IMG/VR virus record: IMGVR_UViG_3300042544_003795
Span: 96,001-160,000 of that record
From: a virus
Length of the DNA: 64,000 bases
Reading direction: 5' to 3' (one strand)
Made by a program: the position numbers and the translations under genes. Shown here one piece after another: positions 37,722 through 49,089 of this stretch. Position 1 is the stretch's first letter. Each line of letters starts with the position of its first letter. The notes under the pieces are model-generated. The model worked only from the letters and a program-made list of their open reading frames with translations, was not told the DNA's origin and did not search any database.

Positions 37722-40700
37722 TAAGGTATAGAGAAAGAAGAAACCACTGGAGAAGGGTCATTATTAAAAGAATAAGCTGTTAAAGTAATTAAAGCTTGAT
37801 CATTTTCATTAAAAGTAATTTCTTCTATATCATCGTGTGTAATTTCCAGATATCTTTTTTGACTATCTAAACTAATTTGAGTTGCGAAACCTTTTATTTC
37901 ATATTTATCGAAATCAAGAGGAGTCGGGCCTCTAAATTCATATACTGGAATTTCATCATCAATAGAATTTTTAATTTTTACACTCCAAACTTGATTCATT
38001 CTTTTTTTAATATTATAGAATGTTCCAGTTAAGTCCAAAATTGAATTTGCGAATTGTTTTTTAAAATAGCAACTTTGCACATAAACTGTTGAATTTATTG
38101 TTTTTTCTAATTCTTTAGGAATATTTGATTTTACTAATCTAGAAAAACTAATATTAATTAAACTCATAGACTCTTTAAATGGTCTTTCATTTATTTTTGA
38201 TTTTTCTTCAGGAAATAAATCTACAAACGTATTTTGAGTATTTATTAAATTAGTATTTTTCACATCATAGAAATTAGGAGTTTCATAAAAATAACCAAAA
38301 TTTTGACTTCCAACATTTTCAGTCAAATAATATCTACAAAATCCAGCTTGAATATTCAAATCTAAACTTTTATTTAAAAATCCTGAAAATACAATATTGT
38401 CCAATTCATTATTTGGAATAGGTGTTAATTTATTAGTTCCATAAGATTTCGGTATTTTATAAATAACTCCTTCTAAAGATACATATGAATAATCATAATT
38501 TTTATGTTTTATAAATAAATCAATAATTTCATTTACAGCGTAGCTATAAGTATTATTATTTTTTAGATAAAAAGTATTTTTTGTTTCTAGAACAGTCCCA
38601 TTTGAAGCGTATTTTGTAGCCTCAAAATATAATTTATCAAAATCTGTATACAATTTCGGAAAATTATTATTTTTTATGTTGAATAAATAAGGTAAAATTT
38701 CTTTTGTGAAAAAAGATACAATATTAGAATTACTTTCAGATATGCCTTTATATTTAGAATTGCTTCCTCCTATAATATTTTTATCCCAAAGTGTAGCCTT
38801 ATTGTTTTCTTCAAAAAAGGTAGAAAAACATTTAATATCTCCGCAACTATTCCTTTTCTCATCTCTTATTAATGGATTGGTCGTAGTAAAAACTCTGTAA
38901 TTATTATTTCCTTGACTAGTAATAGTAGAAAATTGACCCGGTATTCCATAGAGTTTATAAATAAAATATTGAAAAAGACCACTGAAAACACCTTCCAATA
39001 ATGTTCCTTCTGAATATAATTGATATGGAGTTGGAGTTAAAAATGTAGAAAGATTTTCTTCTTCTAACTGTACTCCAAAAATATTAACTTTCCATATATT
39101 TGATTGTGGATTAAAACCGTCTTGACTAATACTAGAGTCACTTGCATTAACTAATTTTATATTTATATTTTCTTCATTAAGTATTTTAAATTTAACAAAA
39201 ACTCTTTTTATATTCTGCGGATAGAATGCTCCTTCTTTATCAGTATCATATGAGCCTGCTTGCACTGATTTGTCAGTTAGAACTGCACCAAGACTATTTA
39301 TATTACAATAAAAACTTTCCCCGCAAAATATTTGAATAAAAGGAACGCCTGTTTCAGCAGGCAAAGGATCTTGAGGTAAAATATAAAAAGAAAAAGTATA
39401 ATCTTCTTTTGTTGAATCTTTTTTCGTAAAATTAAAATTTATTTTATACTCGTTTGTTGCAGTATTCGCTAATGTTCCATAAGATACAAAATTTGGATTT
39501 GCTATATCATCAATTTTTACATTTGTTGATAAAGAATCAACTGTAAAATTTTCCGATTGTGTAGATTTTATTAAATTAGCAGACTTAGAAGTAGATCTAT
39601 CTGAAAGAAATTCTTTATCATCAAAAGTTATACCAAAATTTATAGAATCTGAGTCAGAATAAAAACATGACGTATTATCTTCTTTTTTTAAAACTAACAA
39701 ATTATTCTCATTCCAATTTATACCATAATCAAGTTTTTTTATATCTTGATTGTCTTCTCTTTTGTAAAAATCATTATACACATCTTCTACATTATCAAAT
39801 GGAGTTAAATTTTGATAAGTAATTATACCATCCTTTATTATTGAATTAATAAATTCTTTTCCTTTATATTCTAACGAATCTGAGAATCCTCCGTTGTTTT
39901 TGAAATAATAAGTATTACTATTTAAAACTCTAGTTTTTACTAAATCTTGAGATGATAATCTATATTGTCCATTGTAATCTATATTGCTAAGATTTTTAAA
40001 GAATAAAGTATCAGAATCTGAGGTTAAAAATATGAATGGTCTTGTTTCACCTTTCGCTTCTGAAGAAAATAAAATATATTGATCATTTAGAGTTGCGTAA
40101 GAAACTCCTCTATATGGATAAATATTTCCAATTTGAGTATTGGTAATAGATGTCGGAAGATTTTTTGTATGCAATAGAACACTTGACGGAAATATAAATT
40201 TATGTTTTTCAAAAACAAATTTACCTTCCATTTCCTCTTTATCTACTATGCCTGTTATGGGAAAAGGAGTAAAATTATTTGGAATAGCTATTGCCTTGTA
40301 AGTATTTAATCTTTCATAATTTAATTCGTAATTTTCAAATGTATTAGGTAAACCAGTTTTACCTCCCAAATCTATAAAATAATCTGGATTTAAATTTAAA
40401 TCGTTTATTTTAGTATTTATTGGAAGGCCATCATTAGGTTGAACAATATAAACTACTTCTCCTGTAGCTTTTAAATTTGTAAATTCTCTACTTAATTGTC
40501 CTTCTAAAGAATAAAATTTTACATCTTGTATATTTCCTTTTATAGTATAGTCATCTTTTGTTTTTTCGAAGTCTGTGTTATAAAGAAGGCCATTGGAAAT
40601 ACCATTTTGCGTAAAAAGAGTTCCAGAATAAGATACATTTATATTCTCTGATCCAAAAAAATCAGTGGAAGATCCAGTTATAGTTAAGTCTCCTGTTTTC

Positions 40701-41566
40701 CCTTCTGTGTATTGAAAATCTAAATCTATTTTAGAACCTTCTACTTGCAATAAATATTCTAATTCAAAAATAGCTTTTGATATGCCTGTTTGAATAATAT
40801 CCCCAGAGTACGCGGAAATATTTGACCATGTAATACGCTCAAAAACTATATCATCTGTATCATCTTCTTGAGCATCTTCATTAACAGTTTGAGCATTCTG
40901 TATTTGTAATGAATACGACTGGTTCCCAAAATTTGTTTCTAAATCTAAGTAGACAGGGAATCCTTGAGAATATCCGCTTGTATCATAGTTGAAAAAATTT
41001 ATATAATTTCCGGGTTGTATTTCTTTTACATGTGTGAATTTCCCTGTAATGCTACTCGAATTTATAGAAAAAATATCAACAATATACTGTCCTTTATTAG
41101 TTATTTTTCCGCTTACTGCTTCATTTGAATAAAAATTTGAAAATTCTAATTTAGGGATAGAGCTTCCATATATAAAAGCGTCTAAATCTACAGAATTCGA
41201 AACTGGAGAATCTAAAATTTTAACCACTAATGCGCTAAATATAGAAGTTGGAGTGGCGAGTACCCCCTCTCTAGTGATAGGAACAGAGTTTAAATAATCT
41301 TTATAAGTAGTATATCCTTGAACATAAGATCCTTCGGAAAATGGTTCTTTAATATAAGAATTTATACTAATAGGTTCTTTGTTAAAAGTTCCTATAATAT
41401 TATCATTTGGATCTTTTATTATACCAGATTTAAATAAATAACGAACATAATGTGTTCCTGTAATTCCTACTTCAAAATGATCACTAGAATAATTATAAAC
41501 TTTAAAGTCAAAGTTTAAAGATTTTTGAGGGTAAAAATTCCTATATTGTATTCCTGTAATTTTCAT
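37721..41566 (-). CDS. Large beta-rich putative virion/tail protein
   Basis: 1281 aa, N/S/T/F/Y-rich; internal YTFSFY...GVQLEE..TPYQ spike/carbohydrate-binding-like module. Confidence 0.55.
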   Translation of the reverse strand: MKITGIQYRNFYPQKSLNFDFKVYNYSSDHFEVGITGTHYVRYLFKSGIIKDPNDNIIGTFNKEPISINSYIKEPFSEGSYVQGYTTYKDYLNSVPITREGVLATPTSIFSALVVKILDSPVSNSVDLDAFIYGSSIPKLEFSNFYSNEAVSGKITNKGQYIVDIFSINSSSITGKFTHVKEIQPGNYINFFNYDTSGYSQGFPVYLDLETNFGNQSYSLQIQNAQTVNEDAQEDDTDDIVFERITWSNISAYSGDIIQTGISKAIFELEYLLQVEGSKIDLDFQYTEGKTGDLTITGSSTDFFGSENINVSYSGTLFTQNGISNGLLYNTDFEKTKDDYTIKGNIQDVKFYSLEGQLSREFTNLKATGEVVYIVQPNDGLPINTKINDLNLNPDYFIDLGGKTGLPNTFENYELNYERLNTYKAIAIPNNFTPFPITGIVDKEEMEGKFVFEKHKFIFPSSVLLHTKNLPTSITNTQIGNIYPYRGVSYATLNDQYILFSSEAKGETRPFIFLTSDSDTLFFKNLSNIDYNGQYRLSSQDLVKTRVLNSNTYYFKNNGGFSDSLEYKGKEFINSIIKDGIITYQNLTPFDNVEDVYNDFYKREDNQDIKKLDYGINWNENNLLVLKKEDNTSCFYSDSDSINFGITFDDKEFLSDRSTSKSANLIKSTQSENFTVDSLSTNVKIDDIANPNFVSYGTLANTATNEYKINFNFTKKDSTKEDYTFSFYILPQDPLPAETGVPFIQIFCGESFYCNINSLGAVLTDKSVQAGSYDTDKEGAFYPQNIKRVFVKFKILNEENINIKLVNASDSSISQDGFNPQSNIWKVNIFGVQLEEENLSTFLTPTPYQLYSEGTLLEGVFSGLFQYFIYKLYGIPGQFSTITSQGNNNYRVFTTTNPLIRDEKRNSCGDIKCFSTFFEENNKATLWDKNIIGGSNSKYKGISESNSNIVSFFTKEILPYLFNIKNNNFPKLYTDFDKLYFEATKYASNGTVLETKNTFYLKNNNTYSYAVNEIIDLFIKHKNYDYSYVSLEGVIYKIPKSYGTNKLTPIPNNELDNIVFSGFLNKSLDLNIQAGFCRYYLTENVGSQNFGYFYETPNFYDVKNTNLINTQNTFVDLFPEEKSKINERPFKESMSLINISFSRLVKSNIPKELEKTINSTVYVQSCYFKKQFANSILDLTGTFYNIKKRMNQVWSVKIKNSIDDEIPVYEFRGPTPLDFDKYEIKGFATQISLDSQKRYLEITHDDIEEITFNENDQALITLTAYSFNNDPSPVVSSFSIP

Positions 41567-41567
41567 T

Positions 41568-44027
41568 TTAAATAATATTTATATAGGATTTGCCGGGGTT
41601 GCTTCTTAATGCATTATTTAATTGATGCGTTTTTACACTATCAGAAGGATTTACAGGAAAAGAGTTTGAAAAAGTAAGATTAGTTCTAGTCCCACTCTGA
41701 TCTAATCTTATGGAAAAAGATACTAGTCCATCTTCTGGACCTAATAAAGAATTAGGTAATCCAAAAATAGAATAAGTTTTAGTTTCTTTCTCCTCTTGCA
41801 AATTTGTATTTAAATTAAATAATATTTTATCTGCATAAGTTTTAATTTTTGCTTCATCTATATAACATCTATTATCATTTCTTTCTAAGTTAGAAATATC
41901 TCCATTTGTTATATCTTTAGTATTTGCTCTAATAGAAACATATTTATCATTTTGTTTTCCTTGTGTAGCAAAAACTAATTCAAGTTTAGGTATAATAGCT
42001 TTTATTTTTCCAAAATTAAAAGAATTGACAGTTTCTATAACTTTTATTACATAATTAGAATCTATAGGTGATAAGATTGGTAATCTTGTATATGTACCCT
42101 TAGTTTTCTTTATATAAAATTTAAATAATTTACATTTATTGGATTTCGCTCCTAAGCCTTCAGTATTTTCATTTTCGTCTGGAGATATTCCATTTGAAAT
42201 CTCACATTCTATATCAGGCTGCTTATTCTCTCCAAAAGACCAAACTAAATATAACTTTTCTTTATCAGTCAGAGCTGCCCCACCTTCTGAAGTTCTGTCT
42301 AAAAAAACATAAGGTTTTAAGCCATCTATAAATTTTTCTACATTTTCAGAATTTGGGTCAGGTTGCCATATAGGAGTTCTATTAAGGACAACAATATTTT
42401 TTTCGGCAAACTTTGATATCTCAGCTGCTCTTATATATGGATGAGAAATATTTATATCTGGAAATACAAATTTATTACCGGGTTTAATCCTTGAGAATCC
42501 TTTAACAGTTCCATCTGGACTTTCAAAACTTTTATCTTCTAAATCACTTGCAGCAGCAGACCAATATTTTCCACAAAATGTTTTAGCTATCTGAAGTTCA
42601 AAATCATAAGCTTTAGTTCCTGTTTCTTCTACAATTAATAAGTAAGCCCCTCCTTCTTTTAGTTCTTTTATTTTTTCTTCTGTAAAAGCTCCTCCTAAAC
42701 TAGGATTAGAAGATCCTATTATATTATGGTAAAGAGCTTGGCATTGAGCTTCCCCTTTTTTGCCTGCTTGTTTATCTGTCGTATTCTCATGGCATATAGC
42801 TTTTATATTCCATCCTAAAAGAGCATTATTCCCTGTCCCTAATTTTACTTTATCCGGACTTGTATATTCGAGTACTTTAACATAACAAAATAAATCTCTT
42901 AATTCTTTACTATAGTAACTTGCAATAACTGATGCTTGGAAATTGAATTCTGATCCATATCTTCTTTCTAATGGTCTATTTCCGTTGGATAATTTATCGA
43001 GAGATATTGGGAAAAGCGTTCTATTACTATTTCTACTAGATCCAGATCCTCCCCCTGTATTTGAACTACAATCATATTCTTTTATTTCTCCATCTTTTCC
43101 AAAATATGCTATATTTATATCTTTGGAAAGTCCTTCTATGCTTTTACTTGTAGAAACTTCTTCTATTTTGCAGTTATTCGAATCTTTTATAGTCGAATCA
43201 TTTATATTTATACCTCTACTTAAATCAAAGAAAATCACTGTATCGTTTTTCCAATAAAATGAAAATCCAAAATCTTGACACCAATTGTTCAAAACTTCTC
43301 TAAGAGTTCCTGTGTATTGAGCTCTGTAATCGACTGGAGAAGAAAAAGTATTATTGAAATTCACTCCATATCTAGAAGCTTCTTGTATGAGATCGCTAAA
43401 TTTATAATCTACATCCAACTTGCTGAATCCTCTTGATTTCTGACAATCTAAAGAGTTATTAGGGGTTGTGTTTGATGTACAAGGATCACATTTATCTTTC
43501 TCAGAGTCATTTTCTAAATTGCCACATGGATCAATATAATCTCCAACAAAAATCATATTTGAAAAATCTCCAACAGCTCTATAAATAGATAGATTGCTAA
43601 CTTTATTTGAAACTAAACTAGGAGTAACTGATGAAGTTTTTAAATAATTATTTAAATTTATATTACCGGGTAATGCTACTTGTGTTGTATTTTGTTTTAA
43701 TATATTCGGCAAAGGGCCTCCATCTTTGCCTTTTAATCCTACATATATTTTGTCTAAAATTACACTAGTATCGACAAGGGTAAGTTCACAAGTTTTTCCA
43801 GATGTTACGCTTTCCTTTGTAGAAAAAGAAATAGCATGTCCCTTAAAAGTATAAAAATTCCCAATCCTAACTACTATTTCGGATTTTGTGTTAAGATTGT
43901 AGTCTTCTTTTCCCCATATAAAAGATAATCTTAATGTAGACGGCTCAGATCCTCCACCGCTTAAATCTGCTGAGTAAACTTTTTTCGTAATACCTGATAT
44001 TTTTATTGAAGGAAAATCCGCTTTCAT
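41568..44027 (-). CDS. Putative baseplate hub/tail protein
   Basis: CELTLVDTS, YTGTLREVLNNWCQDFGFSFYW, SFSIRLDQSGTRTNLTF hub-like layout; position downstream of tape measure. Confidence 0.5.
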   Translation of the reverse strand: MKADFPSIKISGITKKVYSADLSGGGSEPSTLRLSFIWGKEDYNLNTKSEIVVRIGNFYTFKGHAISFSTKESVTSGKTCELTLVDTSVILDKIYVGLKGKDGGPLPNILKQNTTQVALPGNINLNNYLKTSSVTPSLVSNKVSNLSIYRAVGDFSNMIFVGDYIDPCGNLENDSEKDKCDPCTSNTTPNNSLDCQKSRGFSKLDVDYKFSDLIQEASRYGVNFNNTFSSPVDYRAQYTGTLREVLNNWCQDFGFSFYWKNDTVIFFDLSRGININDSTIKDSNNCKIEEVSTSKSIEGLSKDINIAYFGKDGEIKEYDCSSNTGGGSGSSRNSNRTLFPISLDKLSNGNRPLERRYGSEFNFQASVIASYYSKELRDLFCYVKVLEYTSPDKVKLGTGNNALLGWNIKAICHENTTDKQAGKKGEAQCQALYHNIIGSSNPSLGGAFTEEKIKELKEGGAYLLIVEETGTKAYDFELQIAKTFCGKYWSAAASDLEDKSFESPDGTVKGFSRIKPGNKFVFPDINISHPYIRAAEISKFAEKNIVVLNRTPIWQPDPNSENVEKFIDGLKPYVFLDRTSEGGAALTDKEKLYLVWSFGENKQPDIECEISNGISPDENENTEGLGAKSNKCKLFKFYIKKTKGTYTRLPILSPIDSNYVIKVIETVNSFNFGKIKAIIPKLELVFATQGKQNDKYVSIRANTKDITNGDISNLERNDNRCYIDEAKIKTYADKILFNLNTNLQEEKETKTYSIFGLPNSLLGPEDGLVSFSIRLDQSGTRTNLTFSNSFPVNPSDSVKTHQLNNALRSNPGKSYINII

Positions 44028-44033
44028 AATATT

Positions 44034-45686
44034 CTATTCAAAAGGTCCAAGAATCCTAAATGCGCCTGACCAATTAGAGTTAGTATTATTATAAATACTA
44101 CTCTGATCAACTAATGTTATTCTATCTCTTTTTCCATGAGATAAATGTAAAGTAGATGTTTCGTAATAATCTTCTTTTACCTGTCTATATTTTACTTTTG
44201 CTGAATTTTCTCCTAAAAATACTATACTTGCTCCCCTTGCAAAAAGGCCCTTCGAAAATGTAAAATTTGAAAATAACTGCAATGGATTAGCTGAAGTTTT
44301 ATCGTATATTACTGGATATACTCCATTCTCTAATATCTCTGGAAATGTAATATGTGTTTCGTCTATTGTATAATTATCTACTTTTCCAGAGTAACCCCAG
44401 TATACATTATAACCATTTACAAATTCTTCGTCTAATCTAAAAAGACCATTTGAAGTATCAAAAAGTAATTGCTTTCCTATATCTTTAAATGATTTGCCTG
44501 CTTGAGTTTGCAATAACATATATGGCTTTTCTAGGATCTGACTATCCATATAAAAAGCTTTTTCATTTATTGCTCCATCCATATGCAATGACTGTTTATA
44601 AGTAGTCGCTGTATTTATCTCTGTTAAGTTTGCAGTTGAAACATATGTGTATTTTTCCAACTTATTATATGTAAAAAAATCTTCTACATCAATATTTGCT
44701 CCAGTATAGAAAGAAAATAAATGACTTACTGTTCTTTCTGACTGATCATTCATTGAGTAATAAATTTCATCATTAAATATTATATTATTTGAACCTATGC
44801 TAAAAGGAGTATATTCTCCTCCTATTGGAATTATAGTTCCTGTATTGTAACATAATAAATCTTGACTTAAACTATATTCTCCTGACCAAAAAATTTTACT
44901 TAAAGCATTAGATCCTGTACCAAATATAGTAGATATATAATTACCTGTATTTGTAGGTATATAATTTTCAGTTACATAGTCTAAAAATGGTATAAATTTT
45001 TCAGCGTTAGACTGAGATAAACTCGAATTATTTTTTCTTTCAAGCTGTTTAATCTCAGAAGTTTTTGTATAAACATTAGTATAAGTACCTTCTAATGGTA
45101 AAAAACCTGAAAAAACTTTTTCATAATCTTCTTTTTCTAATGTGCCTGTGAAACAAACTAGCTGATCAAAATATCCCGATATACCACTTAACGAATTCTT
45201 GTTTAAAACATAAGTATTATAGCCTATGAAAAAACCTCCTCCTGAAAGATTTGTTTCTGGTTTAAATGAGAAAGACTCTGTTTTATAAATAGATCTTGAA
45301 TCTATATCATAATTTAATAAAGTTATATTATTAGAAGCTTTTATTATACCTAAACAGTTTTTTTTAGCTAGTCTTATATCGGAGAATGTGTAGCAGTCAG
45401 ATTTTGAAGAGTTTGAGTATAAAAATAATTCATTATTATTATTAAAGTTTAAAGAAAAACCTGCATTCGATTGAATTTTAAAATTCGAAAGTAAAGAGCC
45501 TGCTTGATTATTCTTTTTTTCTAAAGTAAAAAATAATGAAAAATCACAATCTCCAGTTATCCCAGTTAATTGAGTAAACTCTGAATTAATAAAACTTCTA
45601 GATTTAGCAGAACTTGTATCAAGCCATTTATCTCTTACTAATAGAGATGCAGCTTCTGACTGTGATATAAAATAATTTAATTCCAT
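44034..45686 (-). CDS. LamG/concanavalin-like domain virion protein
   Basis: DFSLFF..LLSN..GFSLNFN..FFIG..SGYFDQL. Confidence 0.55.
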   Translation of the reverse strand: MELNYFISQSEAASLLVRDKWLDTSSAKSRSFINSEFTQLTGITGDCDFSLFFTLEKKNNQAGSLLSNFKIQSNAGFSLNFNNNNELFLYSNSSKSDCYTFSDIRLAKKNCLGIIKASNNITLLNYDIDSRSIYKTESFSFKPETNLSGGGFFIGYNTYVLNKNSLSGISGYFDQLVCFTGTLEKEDYEKVFSGFLPLEGTYTNVYTKTSEIKQLERKNNSSLSQSNAEKFIPFLDYVTENYIPTNTGNYISTIFGTGSNALSKIFWSGEYSLSQDLLCYNTGTIIPIGGEYTPFSIGSNNIIFNDEIYYSMNDQSERTVSHLFSFYTGANIDVEDFFTYNKLEKYTYVSTANLTEINTATTYKQSLHMDGAINEKAFYMDSQILEKPYMLLQTQAGKSFKDIGKQLLFDTSNGLFRLDEEFVNGYNVYWGYSGKVDNYTIDETHITFPEILENGVYPVIYDKTSANPLQLFSNFTFSKGLFARGASIVFLGENSAKVKYRQVKEDYYETSTLHLSHGKRDRITLVDQSSIYNNTNSNWSGAFRILGPFE

Positions 45687-45726
45687 TACCCTTAGACCTT
45701 TAAACAGAATACACTTTAAAACCTAT

Positions 45727-48700
45727 TTAAAGAAGATTGTCCGGAATTATAATAGCTTTTTCGGCAGACCAAGAAAAAGCAAAAGTTATAGATCCAGCTG
45801 GAGAAACTTTTGAAATTTGAGAAGAGTCTAAAATTTTATTAGCTCCATAAAAAATCGAATTAGAAATTTGATTTACTCTATTCCTTAACTGAGCTACTGT
45901 TTTCTCGTAAGAGCAACAAACGGGTTTAATCAATGTCCCTTGGATATTAAATGCCGCCCTTTTTATTATTTTAATGTCTTCTATATAATGACAGCCATTA
46001 CTATTAATAGGCAATGAAGCTTTTATTTCTTTTAAAGCTGGAACGAAAGAATATTCATAAGTAAAATTTTGTAAACATCCACAATCAGAACCTAAACTGT
46101 TGCAAAATTTAGCACCTATTTGAATGGTTCCTTCAAATTGGTTCTCTGAATAAGAATTATCTTTTTCATTGAAATTCAATCTTTCCGTATTACCGAATTT
46201 TGTCCATTTTTGCTGCACATAATCTGCAAAATCTAAATTATTATAATATTTGTAAACATTATCCCATCTATCTTTTTTACATTTTATCTCAGATCTTATA
46301 GTCAAATTAGCTTCTATACATTTTCTTGAAGTTATTAGATCATGAGTGATTCGAGTTTCGTCTATTGTATAAACTTTATTGTCTTGTTTATTTGAAAACT
46401 CTAAAGAAAATCCTACGCTATTATTAGAGAAATCTCTTTGAAGAGAAAAATTTGTGGGAGTTGTATATAGTGGAGAAAAATCTTCCGGATAATATTCAGT
46501 CACAGAGTAATCACTCCCTAACTCTGAAAGAGCTTTATTTATATAATCTATAAAAGTCGGGATCATCAGAAATTTGCCTCCATTCCCAATTAATCCCAAA
46601 GTTATAATTTCATCATTTGGGGTAATTAAACATACATTGCTTCCGCTATCCCCAGCTATAAAATCATTAAAAAATAAACTTTCAGGAGAAAGATTTGATT
46701 GAACATATTCGTTGAAAGTATCATCAATGGAAAATTGTTGTGTTTGCTGATCTGTTACTGTAATTTTTTGAAATTTCCCGATACAAGCTCTTTGAAAAGG
46801 GGATGCTTCACTTACTCCCGGACTACTCTCTTCTATTTGGTCTCTGCAAAATAAAGAGTAATCTTTTAAATCTATAAAATTTTTATAATTTTTGGTGAGA
46901 ACTCTAAAAAACTTTACAGTATCAGGCAAAGCTTCGTTAAGAACTCCTAATCCTAAATCTGAAGCTATTTGATTAGGATGCCCTACTTCTAATATAGAAA
47001 CTAAAGTTCTAGTTAAAACTTTATTATCATTAGTTAGAAAATATAAAGTTTGACCTACATTAACAGGGTAATGATAAGCAAATAAATAATGCTTTGGAGT
47101 AATTAATATACCTATTTTTCTATTTTCATATCCAGATTCACTACTAGCGACAACAAACCCTGAAATATCTATGCCATAAATCCAGCAAGATGGATTTTTT
47201 ACAAAAGTCAGAGTGGATGTACTAAAAGTGCTCCATATTCTTTTTTGTTCAGTCGTTCCAGTTAATCCTGCTACTCTTTGAGATATTCTAGATGAAAAAT
47301 TAGGATATTTAAATTCTTTTGATTCCGTAAGATACATTTCATTAGCTGTTGAATACCAATCTTTAGTTGATATATCATATTTAATAGCTTCTAATGTGCT
47401 ATCTTTAGAAGAAATTTCATTCAATCCTTTAGCTAATAATGGACCTTGGTGAGTTCCATCTATTTTGACTGAAACTTCTCCATTTTCAGAAATAGACATA
47501 TCTCTAACATATTTTAAAATACCATAATGACTTTTAGATAAACCAGATTGTAAAACAAAAGTTTTAGTTAAAGATACTTCACCTGTTAATCTATTTAAAG
47601 TTTCATTTTGAGAAATTAAAAAAGAGTTATAAGAATTTAAATCCGCTGTTTCAAAATAATTTTCTATAGCAGCTTTCCAAATGTAAAGAGATTTAGTAGC
47701 TACAGTTGTATATAAAGATACAGAATTAGAATCTACTATAGATAATTGAAAAAATGGAAATAAAGATCTCTTTGTATCGTATGTTATAGATATTTTATAC
47801 CAACCATTACCAGCATCGGAAATATAATGGTTAATGTAAGAAGTCGCTTTATTTTCATCTACATAAATAGATCCTTTCTGTCCAGTTTTTATATTGAACC
47901 AACCTCTAATTAAATAAGGATCTAAACCTGAATAGTTAATAGTTCCCCCGTAAACATAAGGAGTAGTAGTTGTATTAGCATATGATATTGAAGTACTTGT
48001 AGAACCGGTAACTACAAAAGTCCCATTGTATCCAGATGGATTAATATTCTCTACAGTAACTGTAGTCCCAACCGATATAGTTCCTGATCCAGCTAAATAT
48101 GTTATAGTAGCTGTAATTCCATTTCCACTTGCTCCAGTAACTCTAAATTTTTCAAAACCGAATGATAAAGTAACCCATTCCGCTGTTACTGCTTTGACGT
48201 ATATAGATGTTTTATATCTTCCTGAAGTAGTAGAACCATCTCCCGGATTTATTATACTCCCTTTTATAAGATTCAATCCATTGGAAGGGCAAGCAATTCC
48301 GTCAGCTGTTAGAGATCCATCAGGAGCCAAAGTATCATTGGGCAAAACGCCCATATTTACTGTTTTCCAATATGTGTCATTATCAAATGCGCTTTCTGAT
48401 ATAAGAATATTACTCTCATTTATTAAACTTGAGTAAGTTAAGTAAAGATTATTTAAATCAGAACTTAATAAATTAGAGTTAGAAGCTACAAAATTTTTAG
48501 CATTTTGAAAACCACCTTGTGTTTTATTTAATCCTTTGCAAGAACATGAAAGTGTTATATTTATTGTGTTGTCAGGAGAGACTTCTAATCCTAAATTTCT
48601 TTTAGGCTCTATTATTCCATAATTTTCAAAATATCCTTTTTTAAAACATTCTATATTTATAGTATAGGGCACCCAATCGTACCATTTGTTGTCATCAAAA

Positions 48701-49089
48701 CTTATAGATTTGATTATGCAATTTTCCCATTCTTCGACATTCTCGTAGCCTACTATACCTTGTATACCTTGAATACCCTGTACACCTTGTACCCCTCTAT
48801 TTTCTATTAATTGTAACTTTTTAAAATTTTTAGAGAATTTGGAAACAAGCAAATCTGCTACATTTTTAATCCCTTCGAATCCAGATTCGCAAGGATTATA
48901 ATATGAGCCTGTCGCTCCAGTTACTGAAATCGGATAATTTCTTTTTATTCTCCCTGTTAAAGATAAATTGTCTACTAAATTTATATCAGAATTAGAATAG
49001 ATATTCTGAACATCTCTTGATATAAAAGGTGTTGGACCTATATTAGAAAAAATATCTTCCGAATCGTATAAAACTTTAACTTCACTCAT
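45727..49089 (-). CDS. Putative tail protein with inserted spike-like, Gly/Thr beta and trypsin-like protease domains
   Basis: APDGSLTAD..GNGWYKISI; PSGYNGTFVVT; LITPKHYLFAYH..SDLGLG..GDSGS. Confidence 0.6.
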   Translation of the reverse strand: MSEVKVLYDSEDIFSNIGPTPFISRDVQNIYSNSDINLVDNLSLTGRIKRNYPISVTGATGSYYNPCESGFEGIKNVADLLVSKFSKNFKKLQLIENRGVQGVQGIQGIQGIVGYENVEEWENCIIKSISFDDNKWYDWVPYTINIECFKKGYFENYGIIEPKRNLGLEVSPDNTINITLSCSCKGLNKTQGGFQNAKNFVASNSNLLSSDLNNLYLTYSSLINESNILISESAFDNDTYWKTVNMGVLPNDTLAPDGSLTADGIACPSNGLNLIKGSIINPGDGSTTSGRYKTSIYVKAVTAEWVTLSFGFEKFRVTGASGNGITATITYLAGSGTISVGTTVTVENINPSGYNGTFVVTGSTSTSISYANTTTTPYVYGGTINYSGLDPYLIRGWFNIKTGQKGSIYVDENKATSYINHYISDAGNGWYKISITYDTKRSLFPFFQLSIVDSNSVSLYTTVATKSLYIWKAAIENYFETADLNSYNSFLISQNETLNRLTGEVSLTKTFVLQSGLSKSHYGILKYVRDMSISENGEVSVKIDGTHQGPLLAKGLNEISSKDSTLEAIKYDISTKDWYSTANEMYLTESKEFKYPNFSSRISQRVAGLTGTTEQKRIWSTFSTSTLTFVKNPSCWIYGIDISGFVVASSESGYENRKIGILITPKHYLFAYHYPVNVGQTLYFLTNDNKVLTRTLVSILEVGHPNQIASDLGLGVLNEALPDTVKFFRVLTKNYKNFIDLKDYSLFCRDQIEESSPGVSEASPFQRACIGKFQKITVTDQQTQQFSIDDTFNEYVQSNLSPESLFFNDFIAGDSGSNVCLITPNDEIITLGLIGNGGKFLMIPTFIDYINKALSELGSDYSVTEYYPEDFSPLYTTPTNFSLQRDFSNNSVGFSLEFSNKQDNKVYTIDETRITHDLITSRKCIEANLTIRSEIKCKKDRWDNVYKYYNNLDFADYVQQKWTKFGNTERLNFNEKDNSYSENQFEGTIQIGAKFCNSLGSDCGCLQNFTYEYSFVPALKEIKASLPINSNGCHYIEDIKIIKRAAFNIQGTLIKPVCCSYEKTVAQLRNRVNQISNSIFYGANKILDSSQISKVSPAGSITFAFSWSAEKAIIIPDNLL
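48749..48795 (-). repeat. 9-nt tandem repeat encoding collagen-like GVQGVQGIQGIQGIVG
   Basis: Direct inspection. Confidence 0.8.
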
